Shown piece after piece: positions 36,002 to 46,469 of a stretch of 64,000 bases of DNA. Position 1 is the stretch's first letter. Every line of letters begins with the position of its first letter. The DNA is from Fistulifera solaris. Its lineage: Eukaryota. Both the position numbers and the translations under genes were made by a program. Where the stretch lies: positions 124,001-188,000 of the forward strand of contig AP026137.1 of NCBI GenBank assembly GCA_030295235.1. Direction: 5' to 3'. Under the pieces are notes generated by a model. The model had not been told where the DNA came from and did no database searches. It saw nothing but the letters and a program-made list of their open reading frames with translations.

Positions 36002-36057
<56 letters not shown>

Positions 36058-37200
36058 AAACTTGTCCTTTATAGTATTACTTTCTCTACTATGCTTGTCT
36101 AACACGAGGATCAGTTGTACGACGTATCTGGTACGCTCAGAAGGGAAACGGTAGATCGCGAAGGAGCACCATTGAGGATAAGGTTAGTAGATAGACAGAC
36201 CAGCACCATCTAACCAAAGCGGATGAGAGCTAAGGGGCAAACCACTACGCGGGCTGCGCAACAGCATAGAAACGGAACGGACTAAGGAAATGCTCAATCG
36301 AGAGCGGACATAGCCACATACAACAGAATACTGTTTGTCCCATTTTAGTGCTAATTTCCCAGCAAGCTTTTTGATCGCAAGATTAGCCTGCTTTCCAATC
36401 AATCCATCTGCCGAAAAGACCAACGGGGTGAAATCAATACGTTGGGCTTCACATTTGGGGCCATGTTTGTCGAATTTCTCTTTTTCGCGTCTTGCTAAAA
36501 GAATTTTAGGGTCAGTGGTAACATAGGAATCAGCCTCAGTGTCAACGATAGATACATCAAACATGGTGAGACGACGTCTTTTCCAAAATTCATACACGGA
36601 GATATCACCTCTAGTTTCATCAATATCATGCATTGTCTCAACTGTGCGTCCGCTGACCAGGGTAGATGGGAGGTTCGTCAGCGAATGTTTCGTCGGGCAT
36701 AGCCTGCTGACAAATAAATAGAAATTCCTTCTTCATGTCATCATGTCGGGATAGAGACTAGTCCACCATGTGGACAATCTTGTGAATGCGCAAACGAGAA
36801 TTTGTCACCGCATCCATCACAGGTTTCGTTTAGTCCAAGTAAGGGCAGGCCTAAGCGGATTCGGGATGCTGTCACGAAATTCGTCACATGACAAGGTGGT
36901 ACCGTTGATGCGCATCGGATGCACAGTCAACCAATTCCCGGTCTCCTTTGCCCTTTCGAGACGTCCTGACTTCTACAGGGCGTTCTGTTTTACAGATGCG
37001 CTGCAGGGTCTTCAAATCTCTGTCTATACGGGCGTCCTTAGCAGCGGTACGGGTTGCTTTGGCATGCTTATGATAAGCCGCCACATCAAGTTCAATTCTG
37101 CATTAGACTATCCGTAAGGGGCTTAGTCACCATTACCGAAATTTCATAGTTAACCGGAGCTGTCACACTAGGGTCGTGAAATGGCGATTCCAGCTAATCT
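36002..37200 (-). mobile_element. 5'-truncated non-LTR retrotransposon of CRE-like type (CCHC finger plus restriction-like endonuclease) with a poly(A) tail
   Basis: T55 at 36002-36056. The minus strand reads GNWLTVHP..GTTLSCDEFRD, CDGCGDKFSFAHSQDCPHGGLV..RHD, RGDISV..FW...FDV..VDT, EKEKFDKH, FTPLVFSADG and VRSRLS. No RT core is present. Confidence 0.9.
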
Positions 37201-37815
37201 AAGAATTGTTACTCTTTCTTCCTTCTATCAAAACCGAAAATAAGTTCTATTAAAAGGCACCTGTTAATCGACATAGTTCTCTATTGAAGTATGTTTGAAT
37301 GTGAAGCGCTTTTATTCGGGTTCGCGTTCCAAAAAGTGACGGAATGCAATGTCAGCGTTTTGCGAACCGCGACACGAAGGAAATAAGTGAGGGCCGTCTG
37401 TCTGTACTTTCTGTGCGATCGTCGACACGTGACACGAGAGAATCGAGTTCATTGACATCAATAAAGCAATCGATTTCTCACTCATTTTCTACAACAAACG
37501 AGAATCGAATACATGACATCTGCATCTGGCATCTGCTCCTAATTCATGAATCGTGCTCTCACTACAAATAGGAGAAGCACATGCTTCTGGGATTCGCCAG
37601 TACTGCCCTTCGACTGAGGGCAGTAGGAGCAGCTGACTCATGTTCGCTTTTTCAAGGAATTGTCCCTCGATCACGACTTGTTGCAAGCTCACAGAATCGA
37701 TCATTGAGAAAGACCACCAGTCATCGTTTGTGTGCATAAAATATTGAAATACACAGACCAAATCGAAAACCAAAAACACAATCTACCTCGCCAATAGCCA
37801 TCGAGTCGTAGCCCC

Positions 37816-39570
37816 ATGAACCGTCTCCTTTTCTTCACGCTCTTTGCATCTCTTCTTTATCCCGATGCGGAAGCAAGACTTCTGGGTGCACAATCATGCT
37901 TCAATTTGAACGTACGATGCGGCTTTATGAGGATGCACGCTCATCATGTCAAGGCCGACAAGACCTGCGAAACGAAGTGCGTCAATTGGGCGAAGTTTAT
38001 CTCACTGAGCTCTCAAGGCTGGAAGTGCGGCAAGTGCCCCCAGTGCTTCAATTCGAAAGAAGAACTCAAAAAGTCTGTCGATCTTGTCGTGGCACGGAAG
38101 CCCTATGTCGAAGCTCTTCTAGGAAGCAAATACGGATGGCCCATCGGCCAGTGGTGCTTCACCGAGAACGTCACCGATATGAGTAGTATCTTCGAGGGCG
38201 CCACCGAATTCACGGCGGATCTCTCCGAATGGGATACGTCTCATGTGACGAACATGCATTCCATGTTTGCGCAGGCGAATAATTTTATCAGTGATCTCAG
38301 CTTATGGAATGTCAGCAATGTTCAAGATATGGGATCGATGTTCTACGCTGCGAACAGGTTCTATTCCGATTTGTCCGCATGGGACACTTCAAGTGTGACG
38401 AACATGAATGGTATGTTCAACGAAGCGCACGATTTTACGAGTGACATTGGCAGCTGGGATGTTTCGAAAGTTCAGGACATGAGAGAGATGTTTTTGATTG
38501 CCCTTAGCTTCGACAGTGATCTCTCTGGCTGGGATACCTCGAGCGTGACCGACATGTCGAAAATGTTTATGTATGCGTCCGCGTTCAGGGGTAATATCAG
38601 TCCTTGGGATGTCTCTCGTGTCGAGAATATGGACTGGATGCTGGCTTACACAGAGCGTCTTGACTCCGATCTCTCTGGTTGGGATACATCCAGTGTAACA
38701 AGCATGTATTCCATGTTCCAGGGTGCATCAAGATTTGATGGTACACTCAGTGATTGGAGTGTGGCGAAGGTATCGAATATGGGAGGCATGTTTGCCTATT
38801 CGGGGGCAGTGGAATGGGATCTATCGGGATGGGACACGTCTAGTGTGACGGACATGTCCGAGATGTTTTATCAAGCATCCAACTTCAATAGCGATCTTAG
38901 CGCTTGGAATGTTTCCAGCGTGCAAAATATGGGAAGGATGTTCCAAGAGGCACTGCTTTTTACTTCAGATCTTTCGAAATGGAACACATCCGCAGTGACG
39001 GACATGCGGGAAATTTTTCACGTGGCAAGCAGTTTCAACAGCGACATCAATGAATGGGATGTATCGAACATACAGGACATGGCATACTTGTTCGCTGATG
39101 CTAATGCATTCCATTCGGAGCTTTCGAAATGGGACACATCGGCTGTGACGGATATGTCGTGGATGTTTTACGAAGCACGCAGCTTTCACGGCGACGTTGG
39201 TTCGTGGGATGTATCGCAAGTGCAAGATATGACATCCATGTTTTACGACGCTCTTTTGTTTCAGTCGGATCTTTCGGGCTGGGACACGTCCAGTGTGACA
39301 AAAATGAATTGGATGTTCGGCTACGCATCCAGTTTTAATAGTGATATTAGTTCTTGGGATGTCTCGGCTCTGGAGGACATGCAGGCAATGTTTTACAATG
39401 CTTCCGTATTCGACAAGAATCTTTGTGAATGGGGTATTCATCTGCAGGGTAGATCGGTTGTGACGAGCGATTGGGATGTACCCATTGTTTTCAGTAATAC
39501 TGCATGTCCCAATTCCACTTCTCCCGATCTCAGTCGAAATCCGCCAGGCCCACTGTGTCATAATTGCTAG
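37816..39570 (+). CDS. Secreted BspA/DUF285 protein (16 repeats)
   Basis: Intact ORF with signal peptide, Cys-rich N-domain, alternating WDTS/WDVS repeats and a PPGPLCHNC cap. Confidence 0.92.
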   Translation: MNRLLFFTLFASLLYPDAEARLLGAQSCFNLNVRCGFMRMHAHHVKADKTCETKCVNWAKFISLSSQGWKCGKCPQCFNSKEELKKSVDLVVARKPYVEALLGSKYGWPIGQWCFTENVTDMSSIFEGATEFTADLSEWDTSHVTNMHSMFAQANNFISDLSLWNVSNVQDMGSMFYAANRFYSDLSAWDTSSVTNMNGMFNEAHDFTSDIGSWDVSKVQDMREMFLIALSFDSDLSGWDTSSVTDMSKMFMYASAFRGNISPWDVSRVENMDWMLAYTERLDSDLSGWDTSSVTSMYSMFQGASRFDGTLSDWSVAKVSNMGGMFAYSGAVEWDLSGWDTSSVTDMSEMFYQASNFNSDLSAWNVSSVQNMGRMFQEALLFTSDLSKWNTSAVTDMREIFHVASSFNSDINEWDVSNIQDMAYLFADANAFHSELSKWDTSAVTDMSWMFYEARSFHGDVGSWDVSQVQDMTSMFYDALLFQSDLSGWDTSSVTKMNWMFGYASSFNSDISSWDVSALEDMQAMFYNASVFDKNLCEWGIHLQGRSVVTSDWDVPIVFSNTACPNSTSPDLSRNPPGPLCHNC

Positions 39571-40390
39571 TAGAAGACTATTATCTAAAGGCGGGCAGAA
39601 ACAAAGAGAGAATCATCAAAAGGGTATACTACGTATCTGTAATCGCAGTTTTATTTTAAAAGAGACATTAGCATAGTTATTTCGTAGACTTGTGAAATAT
39701 CTGGGACACGTCCAGATTTAGATTGCTTAGAGTATTTAAACTGTTTTGTTGATGCTAGCATCGTTCTAATTTGCTGCAACTGCTACATCCAGGAAAACGA
39801 AAGCCGCACTTGTAGCTATTCTCGGGATTCAATTTGCATGTGAATAGGTTTGAGTCGGGTTCGCGTTGCAAAAAGTGACTGAATTCGTGTCAACAAAATA
39901 TTCGACGGATCGCCAGAAAATGAGTGTCGTCTGTCTGTACTTTCAGTACGAGCGTCTACTCATGCACTCGACGACGAAAACGTTTTGCGTCAAGTGCAAC
40001 TTCCATCGCATTATTTGTTTCGCACAAAATAATGAGAACATTGCTTGACGTCTTTCACGAATCATCGTGTTCGCTGCATTCTCCAGCGTTTCGTTTATAA
40101 TACTTTCTTGCGAGAAGGAGGCATGCATGTGCACAAAGGATTCTGCGAAGATAGAATGCTCCTCGGTGCTGAGAAGTACGAGCGACAGCCTCCTCATGTT
40201 CGCATCTGTCATTCGGTCTTTGTGCACGACATGTTGTCACATTCTTCGGCTTTTGAAGTCGCGCGCTCATAAAATAATATTGACAACAATTTACACCGTT
40301 CAAAATACTGCATAAGCAAACGAAAACAAAAAAAACAACCGCGTCCAGGTTTATCGAGTCGAACAAAGCAATTGCCGCTTCGAAACCCCA

Positions 40391-42292
40391 ATGAATCGTC
40401 TCCTTTTCTTCGCGCTCTTTGCATCTCTTCTTTATCCCGATGCGGAAGCAAGACTTCTGGGTGCACAATCGTGCATCAATCGTAACGTTCGTTGTGGCTT
40501 CATGAGGATGCACGCTCATCATGTCAAGGCCGACAAGACCTGCGAAACGAAGTGCGTCAATTGGGCTAGGTTCATCTCTTTGAGCTCTCAAGGCTGGAAG
40601 TGCGGCAAGTGCCCACAATGCTTCAACTCCAGGGAAGAACTGCAAAAGGCTGTAGACCTAGTCGTGGCGCGGAAGCCCTTTGCCGAAGCACTTTTAGGAA
40701 GCAAGTACGGATGGCCCATCGGCAAATGGTGCTTCACCGAGAATGTCACAGATTTCAGTGGCTTGTTTCTACGGGCTACCGAATTCACGGCGGATCTCTC
40801 CGAATGGGATACGTCTCATGTGACGAATATGCACTCCATGTTTGAGGAAGCCGTCAGCTTTCAAAGCGATATTGACGCTTGGGATGTCTCAAGCGTCCAA
40901 GATATGGGATCCATGTTTGCTAGTGCCACGCTATTTCACTCTGACTTGTCAAAATGGGACACGTCGGCTGTCACAGATATGTCACTCATGTTCTACGAGG
41001 CCGAAAGTTTTGACAGCAACATCAGCGCTTGGGATGTCTCGAATGTCCAGACCATGCGCTTGATGTTCAGGAGTACGCGCATAACGGATCAAGACCTCTC
41101 GAATTGGGACACATCGAGTGTCACGGACATGTATGGCATGTTCATGTTGGCATCCGAATATGGTGGGAACCTCAGTGCTTGGGATGTCTCCAAGGTTCAG
41201 AATATGGGGTCAATGTTCGACAGTGCCATAACGTTCAATTCCGATTTATCAGGCTGGGATACATCAAGCGTAACGGATATGTCTTGGATGTTCTACGAAG
41301 CGCTGAACTTTAATAGCGATTTGAGCGCGTGGGATGTATCAAAGGTTCAAGATATGACATCCATGTTTACCGACACCATTGCTTTTACGTCAGATCTGTC
41401 TAAATGGGATACGTCAAGTGTGACTGATATGCGCTCCATGTTCATCGCAGCATATAACTTCAATAGTGATATCGGCGCGTGGGACGTATCGAACGTCCAA
41501 AATATGCAATCGATGTTTGATTCGGCAACTAGTTTCAAATCGGATCTCTCTGCATGGAATACATCCAGTGTGACAGATATGTCTTGGATGTTTCACAATG
41601 ATTTCGAATTCAAGAGCGATCTTAGCGCTTGGGATGTTTCTCGAGTACAAGACATGACCTCGATGTTCTACAACGCCGCAGTGTACAACTCGGATTTGTC
41701 AAACTGGGACACCTCGAGTGTAACGAGTATGCGTTCGATGTTCTTTGAGGGCTTCGCGTTCAATCAGGACATTAGCGCATGGGATGTATCCAATGTCCAA
41801 GACATGCAATCCATGTTCGATGATGCCCGAGAGTTCCAATCGAACCTTGCCAATTGGGACACTTCCAGTGTAACAGACATGTCCTTTATGTTCCACAAGG
41901 CCTACAACTTCAACAGCGATATCAGCAACTGGGATGTTGCCAACGTTCGTGACATGAAAAATATGTTCAATGCTGCCTTCATGTTTGACTCTGATCTTTT
42001 TAGTTGGGACACTTCCAGTGTCACCGACATGCATTATATGTTTGCCTACGCCTCTGCCTTCAATCATGATATCAGCGCTTGGAACATCTCACAGGTGACC
42101 GACTTGGGCGGCATGTTTTACGCGGATGACGCGTTGAATCAGAATCTATGTCCGTGGGGAGCTTACTTGGCGGGCACAACAATTATATCCAACGACTCGG
42201 ACATGTTCGGAGCGACGTCTTGTCCCAACGAAGCGTCTCCCGACTTGTTCGCTACTCCTCCCGGTCCATTCTGTTACGATTGCGTCGTGTAA
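40391..42292 (+). CDS. Secreted BspA/DUF285 protein (18 repeats)
   Basis: Intact ORF; the N-terminus is nearly identical to the 37816 copy; PPGPFCYDC cap. Confidence 0.92.
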   Translation: MNRLLFFALFASLLYPDAEARLLGAQSCINRNVRCGFMRMHAHHVKADKTCETKCVNWARFISLSSQGWKCGKCPQCFNSREELQKAVDLVVARKPFAEALLGSKYGWPIGKWCFTENVTDFSGLFLRATEFTADLSEWDTSHVTNMHSMFEEAVSFQSDIDAWDVSSVQDMGSMFASATLFHSDLSKWDTSAVTDMSLMFYEAESFDSNISAWDVSNVQTMRLMFRSTRITDQDLSNWDTSSVTDMYGMFMLASEYGGNLSAWDVSKVQNMGSMFDSAITFNSDLSGWDTSSVTDMSWMFYEALNFNSDLSAWDVSKVQDMTSMFTDTIAFTSDLSKWDTSSVTDMRSMFIAAYNFNSDIGAWDVSNVQNMQSMFDSATSFKSDLSAWNTSSVTDMSWMFHNDFEFKSDLSAWDVSRVQDMTSMFYNAAVYNSDLSNWDTSSVTSMRSMFFEGFAFNQDISAWDVSNVQDMQSMFDDAREFQSNLANWDTSSVTDMSFMFHKAYNFNSDISNWDVANVRDMKNMFNAAFMFDSDLFSWDTSSVTDMHYMFAYASAFNHDISAWNISQVTDLGGMFYADDALNQNLCPWGAYLAGTTIISNDSDMFGATSCPNEASPDLFATPPGPFCYDCVV

Positions 42293-42568
42293 TCCGAAAT
42301 CAAAGGTGAGGGCAAACAAGACGACTTCTATGAGAATGTGTAATTCAGTTTAATGTCCATACGAACAAGAACGCGACGGCATCATAGATCGATAATGATT
42401 TACATGACAATATATAGTAAGCGTTGATATTTTTGACTCATTTTCGCCATAGCATTGTTAGGCATGAGCCAATTGGTAGAGACATTTCTTCTTTGAGCTG
42501 GTTATGTATGGTAATACGATGAATAGGAAATCCTTGTGCCCCTTGTTATTCAGCGTCGTTCTGGCTCA

Positions 42569-43231
42569 TTATGACTCGACTGCTTCTTCTTCGGGATCCC
42601 ACACAAACCGACTTTCGTCGACATCAAGTCGACACGACGGACCATCGTCCGTTCCCATGAATTCATGACGATGTTCCGAGACGAAATGATACAATGAGTC
42701 GCGCAATATTGCCGGTAACAGGACTCTGAATAGAGAGGCGGTCCATCGGACCAGGATCGGCAATTCATCCAACAAAGCAGCGACACGCAAAACGGCTTCC
42801 GATTCGACGTACGCGACACCGTTGGGATAACATAAGACCATAGACGAATAGTCGTCTGGTTGTCGACCCGATCTGATAAGCAAGGCTTTTCCGGTTTCAC
42901 TCTGCAAACTGCAAAAGCGCAGACTTTTGTCGGACGAATGATCCAAACAAAAATGCACACCGGCATTACAGAAATGACAGACTCCGTCATATAACAAAAT
43001 AGGAGAGGATGTATTCTGAAAGGCGGCTTGTAAAGGTAGTGACGACGATACAGCTGTTTCTGCGGTTGAGGATGAGGACGAAACTGATGATGATTTTGAA
43101 AATTCCCCGCTCATAAACGCCGCCATCCTTCGGGTGTCATGTAATTGCGGTGATGTTGTTGTCGTCTTCGAGAGCCAGGCATCGCAGCAAGCGAATAGCA
43201 TCACAAGCGCATAAATTAGCCGGCTCTTCAT
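42569..43231 (-). CDS. DCC-family (DUF393) thiol-disulfide oxidoreductase, probably plastid-targeted
   Basis: LLYDGVCHFCN DxxCxxC motif, LRFCSLQSETG and RDSLY.FVS.HR; signal peptide plus CDAW. Confidence 0.9.
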   Translation of the reverse strand: MKSRLIYALVMLFACCDAWLSKTTTTSPQLHDTRRMAAFMSGEFSKSSSVSSSSSTAETAVSSSLPLQAAFQNTSSPILLYDGVCHFCNAGVHFCLDHSSDKSLRFCSLQSETGKALLIRSGRQPDDYSSMVLCYPNGVAYVESEAVLRVAALLDELPILVRWTASLFRVLLPAILRDSLYHFVSEHRHEFMGTDDGPSCRLDVDESRFVWDPEEEAVES

Positions 43232-43591
43232 ATTTCTTGCTTCCTTTTGTATCTTCGTATTTGATTATCCCGAGTAAAAAGTAGCAAGAACACTTATTTT
43301 CTTATCGTAATGCTATAACAACATCACAAGAGCAGCAGCAAATAATAAGAAAATGCCTCGCCGCTTCTTGAACTTCTGCAAGGTCGCTTTGGGCCAAATT
43401 CTTCCGGAACCAGTCAAACATTCCCACCATCCAAGGATGTGACGTAACGAAGTCTCCTTGTACAGTTTATGCGTTAGTGGCTCTCACAATGCGGTTCTCT
43501 ACGTGGCAAGAGGGGCCAAAATGCGAACCCATCATGACGTCATAAATCGTCATCTACATTTCACTAAGGTCTAAAGTCTCGACTATCTATT

Positions 43592-44371
43592 TTACTGTAC
43601 AATGCACGACGGTGCGAGAAATGCCGCCGCCGTCTGTTGTCGCCACGACAAGGCGGATTGGCCAGAACTCCACGCCGTCACGACGGGATCGGGATCACTA
43701 GAGGGATGCCATTCGAGCGCCATTTCTTCCGCCGCGGACGATACTTTGCGGCCCGTGGCGGATGCACAAACGGCCAAGGCGGGACAGGACGTCCAGGACA
43801 GGACTTGGGTCAAGAAGGGACTGCACGCACTCAAGTACGTCCAGGCGAGACCAGAATGCTCCAAGTAATCGAGTAAACTCTCGTCGAGATCGTCCGTCAT
43901 GATAACTAAAATGCCGCGTACTGTCGTGTTATATCTCTGTACCAATCGACGCACGAACAAGGGAATGAAATGACGGCTTGAAGGTTGTCGAGGATCCACC
44001 AAGAATACGGCAACGGAAGTGCATGTGGAAATCCAGCGATTCGTTTCCGCTGTCTCGGTATAAACAATTCCGGCTTCCAAATTGTGGCGTGTGACACGTC
44101 GGAAACGAGTTGCCGCTAGAGAAGGAAATGGATCCTTCTCCCACGCATCGGCTCGATAGGGAAAGTATTGCAGCGTATCCGGAAGAAACGCCAGTACTCC
44201 TTTGCGGCAAACAGTATTCTTGTCAATTAAAATCGGAGAGGGCTCTCGCACGGGGTCTTGTTTGGAAATTTCGGCGACATTTTCATCGTCATGAAAGGAA
44301 AGGTCGACCGCTTCAATCTCGTTTTTCCGCTCAAGTTCTTGAGATGCGTCCATCATAGCATCTAGATTCAT
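43592..44371 (-). CDS. Hypothetical protein, possibly a degenerate thioredoxin-like fold
   Basis: 259-aa ORF filling the intergenic gap. The segments VAVFLVDP..SSRHFIP.F and CPALAV....GRKV loosely recall nucleoredoxin-type domains, but there is no CxxC. Confidence 0.55.
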   Translation of the reverse strand: MNLDAMMDASQELERKNEIEAVDLSFHDDENVAEISKQDPVREPSPILIDKNTVCRKGVLAFLPDTLQYFPYRADAWEKDPFPSLAATRFRRVTRHNLEAGIVYTETAETNRWISTCTSVAVFLVDPRQPSSRHFIPLFVRRLVQRYNTTVRGILVIMTDDLDESLLDYLEHSGLAWTYLSACSPFLTQVLSWTSCPALAVCASATGRKVSSAAEEMALEWHPSSDPDPVVTAWSSGQSALSWRQQTAAAFLAPSCIVQ

Positions 44372-44761
44372 CGCTTTTTCGGAAATTTAAGCGCAATCAA
44401 TGACATTGCCAAGGAGTATCTCCTTTACGAGAGAACAATTTTTCGGGGAACGAATGATGGTGTGCTTTTGTGCGGTCTCATTTGTCAGCGCGATGATCAC
44501 CGAGCAAAAAAAGAACGCGATGGAAGCACGGGTATGGGTATACCTGCTGCGGTACTTCATCGAGTAACGGTCTGATTGATGTGAACCTGAAAGCCGCGTG
44601 AACCGCGCTGTAGGCTTTATAGTGTATTCATTCGAAACACATGGCCCGGGCCACTTGCGACATATAGTGGTTTATTGTTCACTAGTTTACGAGGCAAAAT
44701 GGAAATTTGGTAAATTACCAATTAGGCTTTGCTCTTTATCTGCAAAGAGCCTTTATAAATC

Positions 44762-45860
44762 CTCAAAACAGGCAACTCAACTGTCGCTTCTTTAAAGCAC
44801 CGCGGCACCAATGACACTGACTCCACCAACCACCAGCGATAAAATCTCAACCTTGAAACTGCCACTATCACCGCCTTCATCGGCCAACATCATGGCTTCC
44901 ATCGAAAAGTCGGTCGTCACAGGCTCCGTGGCAAGCTCGCGGTCTTCAGCACCGCGCAAACGACGAACGGCTCCGACGTAGTCAACAAGGGCCTTACCCG
45001 TCATGGTGAGAGTTTGCGATGTGGCTCCAAAGGCGGATCGCGGAAGAATGTGGTAGAAATTGATGGTTTTCGGAGTAGCTCCCAACTCAAAGCTGGTCAA
45101 GGCCGAATCAACTGGCACGGTGGCGGTGATGAGGTTAGTGGCCGCTCCCGCGCCGATCTTCATGGTGACGGTTTCGAATTCGACAAAGTTGTAATCCTGA
45201 TCATCGACGGCGAGACTGAACCAGATGGGCTCACCGGGTGGTAGAGGGTTGGTGCCTTCCCATGTTCCCGTGACCGTTGTACCGGAGAGCTCGGTCGTTG
45301 AGCCGCCAACATCGACTGCGTTATTCTCGATATCCGAACTGACGGTGAAGGTCGAAAGGATGGGTGTCACGCGGAAATCAAAGTGCTTGCGTTCCAACAC
45401 GACGGCCTCTTCGGCCGCGTTGATCATCATAATGTCGGCTTGAATGCACACGCCGAACTTGCCCTCCACGGCGTGAACCGATGTACCCCACGGAGCAACA
45501 GCGATTTCCATGTCGACGGTATTAAGAGCCGTCAAATGACCGTCTTGGTCGTAGGATGTCTTCACCGTCACGACTCCGTCTCCGGCGGCAAGACAACCGG
45601 GGGCGAGGATGGTGAACTCGTAGTACTTCGTACCGGCTGCCGGGTCGGGTCCCGGGTTATTCGAAATGTCAACGTCGGTACCGGCAGTGTTGGCGATCTG
45701 GATATGATTCAAACTGGTGGTTTCATCGGTGTTGCCCTCACCGATGTTGAACTCGGTGAGTACATCATTGACATTTCCGATCTACAAAGCAAGCAAGGAG
45801 AACGATCGATTGGGTTAGTGTGGGTTGGGTTCGGTGAACGGACTTAACGAGCGACAAAAA
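44762..45860. repeat. Left arm of a 1099-bp inverted repeat (partner 47161-48259)
   Basis: The arm ends match as reverse complements, and four overlapping ORFs (306, 154, 76 and 72 aa) have identical translations in both arms. Confidence 0.95.
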
Positions 45861-46026
45861 AGAAAAAACAATTTGTTTCTGCGTCGTCGAGCGAGTAAAG
45901 TTTAACGGTTCGCAGAAATGCACAAAGAATATGGATTCTGGAACGTACCGTGAGGGTGGGAGGAAGTTGTGCATAGGCCTGGTTGGTGAAACCGAGAAAT
46001 GCCAGAGTGGGGAAGAAGAATTTCAT
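44792..46026 (-). CDS. Secreted/surface-anchored protein of unknown function, copy A; exons 46026-45949 and 45781-44792
   Basis: Signal-peptide exon MKFFFPTLAFLG.., a 167-nt GT-AG phase-0 intron, an RRLR motif and a hydrophobic C-terminus preceded by GGDSGS (GPI-signal-like). Confidence 0.85.
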
Positions 46027-46238
46027 TTTATTTGTTAGTTTGGAGTTGCGAAAAGTCGCTTGGTTTGTCTTGCCTGTGTTTTGTCAAAGTCACATTTTGT
46101 GAGATCGAAAATTGTTTGATTGGCAAGCGACAAAGCAACGAGATGCCGTTGAATTGGAAAAAAGTCACAAGTCACAATTCTTTCGCGAACGAACAGCATA
46201 TTCTATCAATGACAATGTGACAATTCGTATTTGTTATT

Positions 46239-46282
46239 TGGTGACTGCGATGGTGACTGGTGACTGGTGACTGGTGACTGGT
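46239..46282. repeat. (TGGTGAC)n heptamer array in the divergent promoter
   Basis: One copy at 46239 and four tandem copies at 46251-46278. Confidence 0.85.
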
Positions 46283-46438
46283 TGCTTGATTGGACATTGC
46301 ACGGGGCAAGTGGCCAATTGGCAAATTAAATTATTTTACTTCCACCACTTGTATTACCATTTGAAAGATCAAGTCAACAGTCAACATGCAGAAGCTTAAG
46401 TGGTAAGTAGTTAAGTATTCTTGTGGGGAAAAGAAAAA

Positions 46439-46469
46439 GTGATCCGTGATCGTGATCCGTGATCATGAT
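46439..46469. repeat. GTGATC(C) tandem array in the divergent promoter
   Basis: GTGATCC GTGATC GTGATCC GTGATC ATGAT. Confidence 0.8.

Noticed and set aside
36002..36056. Poly(T) as an assembly gap, telomere or terminator
   Set aside because: It lies about 130 bp after the stop of a minus-strand REL endonuclease ORF, which fits a retrotransposon poly(A) tail.
28250..42150. Regularly spaced TGGGA(C/T)AC / TGGGATGT motifs at 75-bp period, superficially like a CRISPR array
   Set aside because: They are in-frame coding repeats of DUF285 proteins with synonymous variation. There are no cas genes and the context is eukaryotic.
27754..42292. Bacterial contamination or a recent bacterial island (DUF285 and periplasmic binding protein)
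   Set aside because: It is contiguous with eukaryotic RPL26, the binding-protein gene has a spliceosomal intron, and the proteins have eukaryote-style Cys caps and signal peptides.
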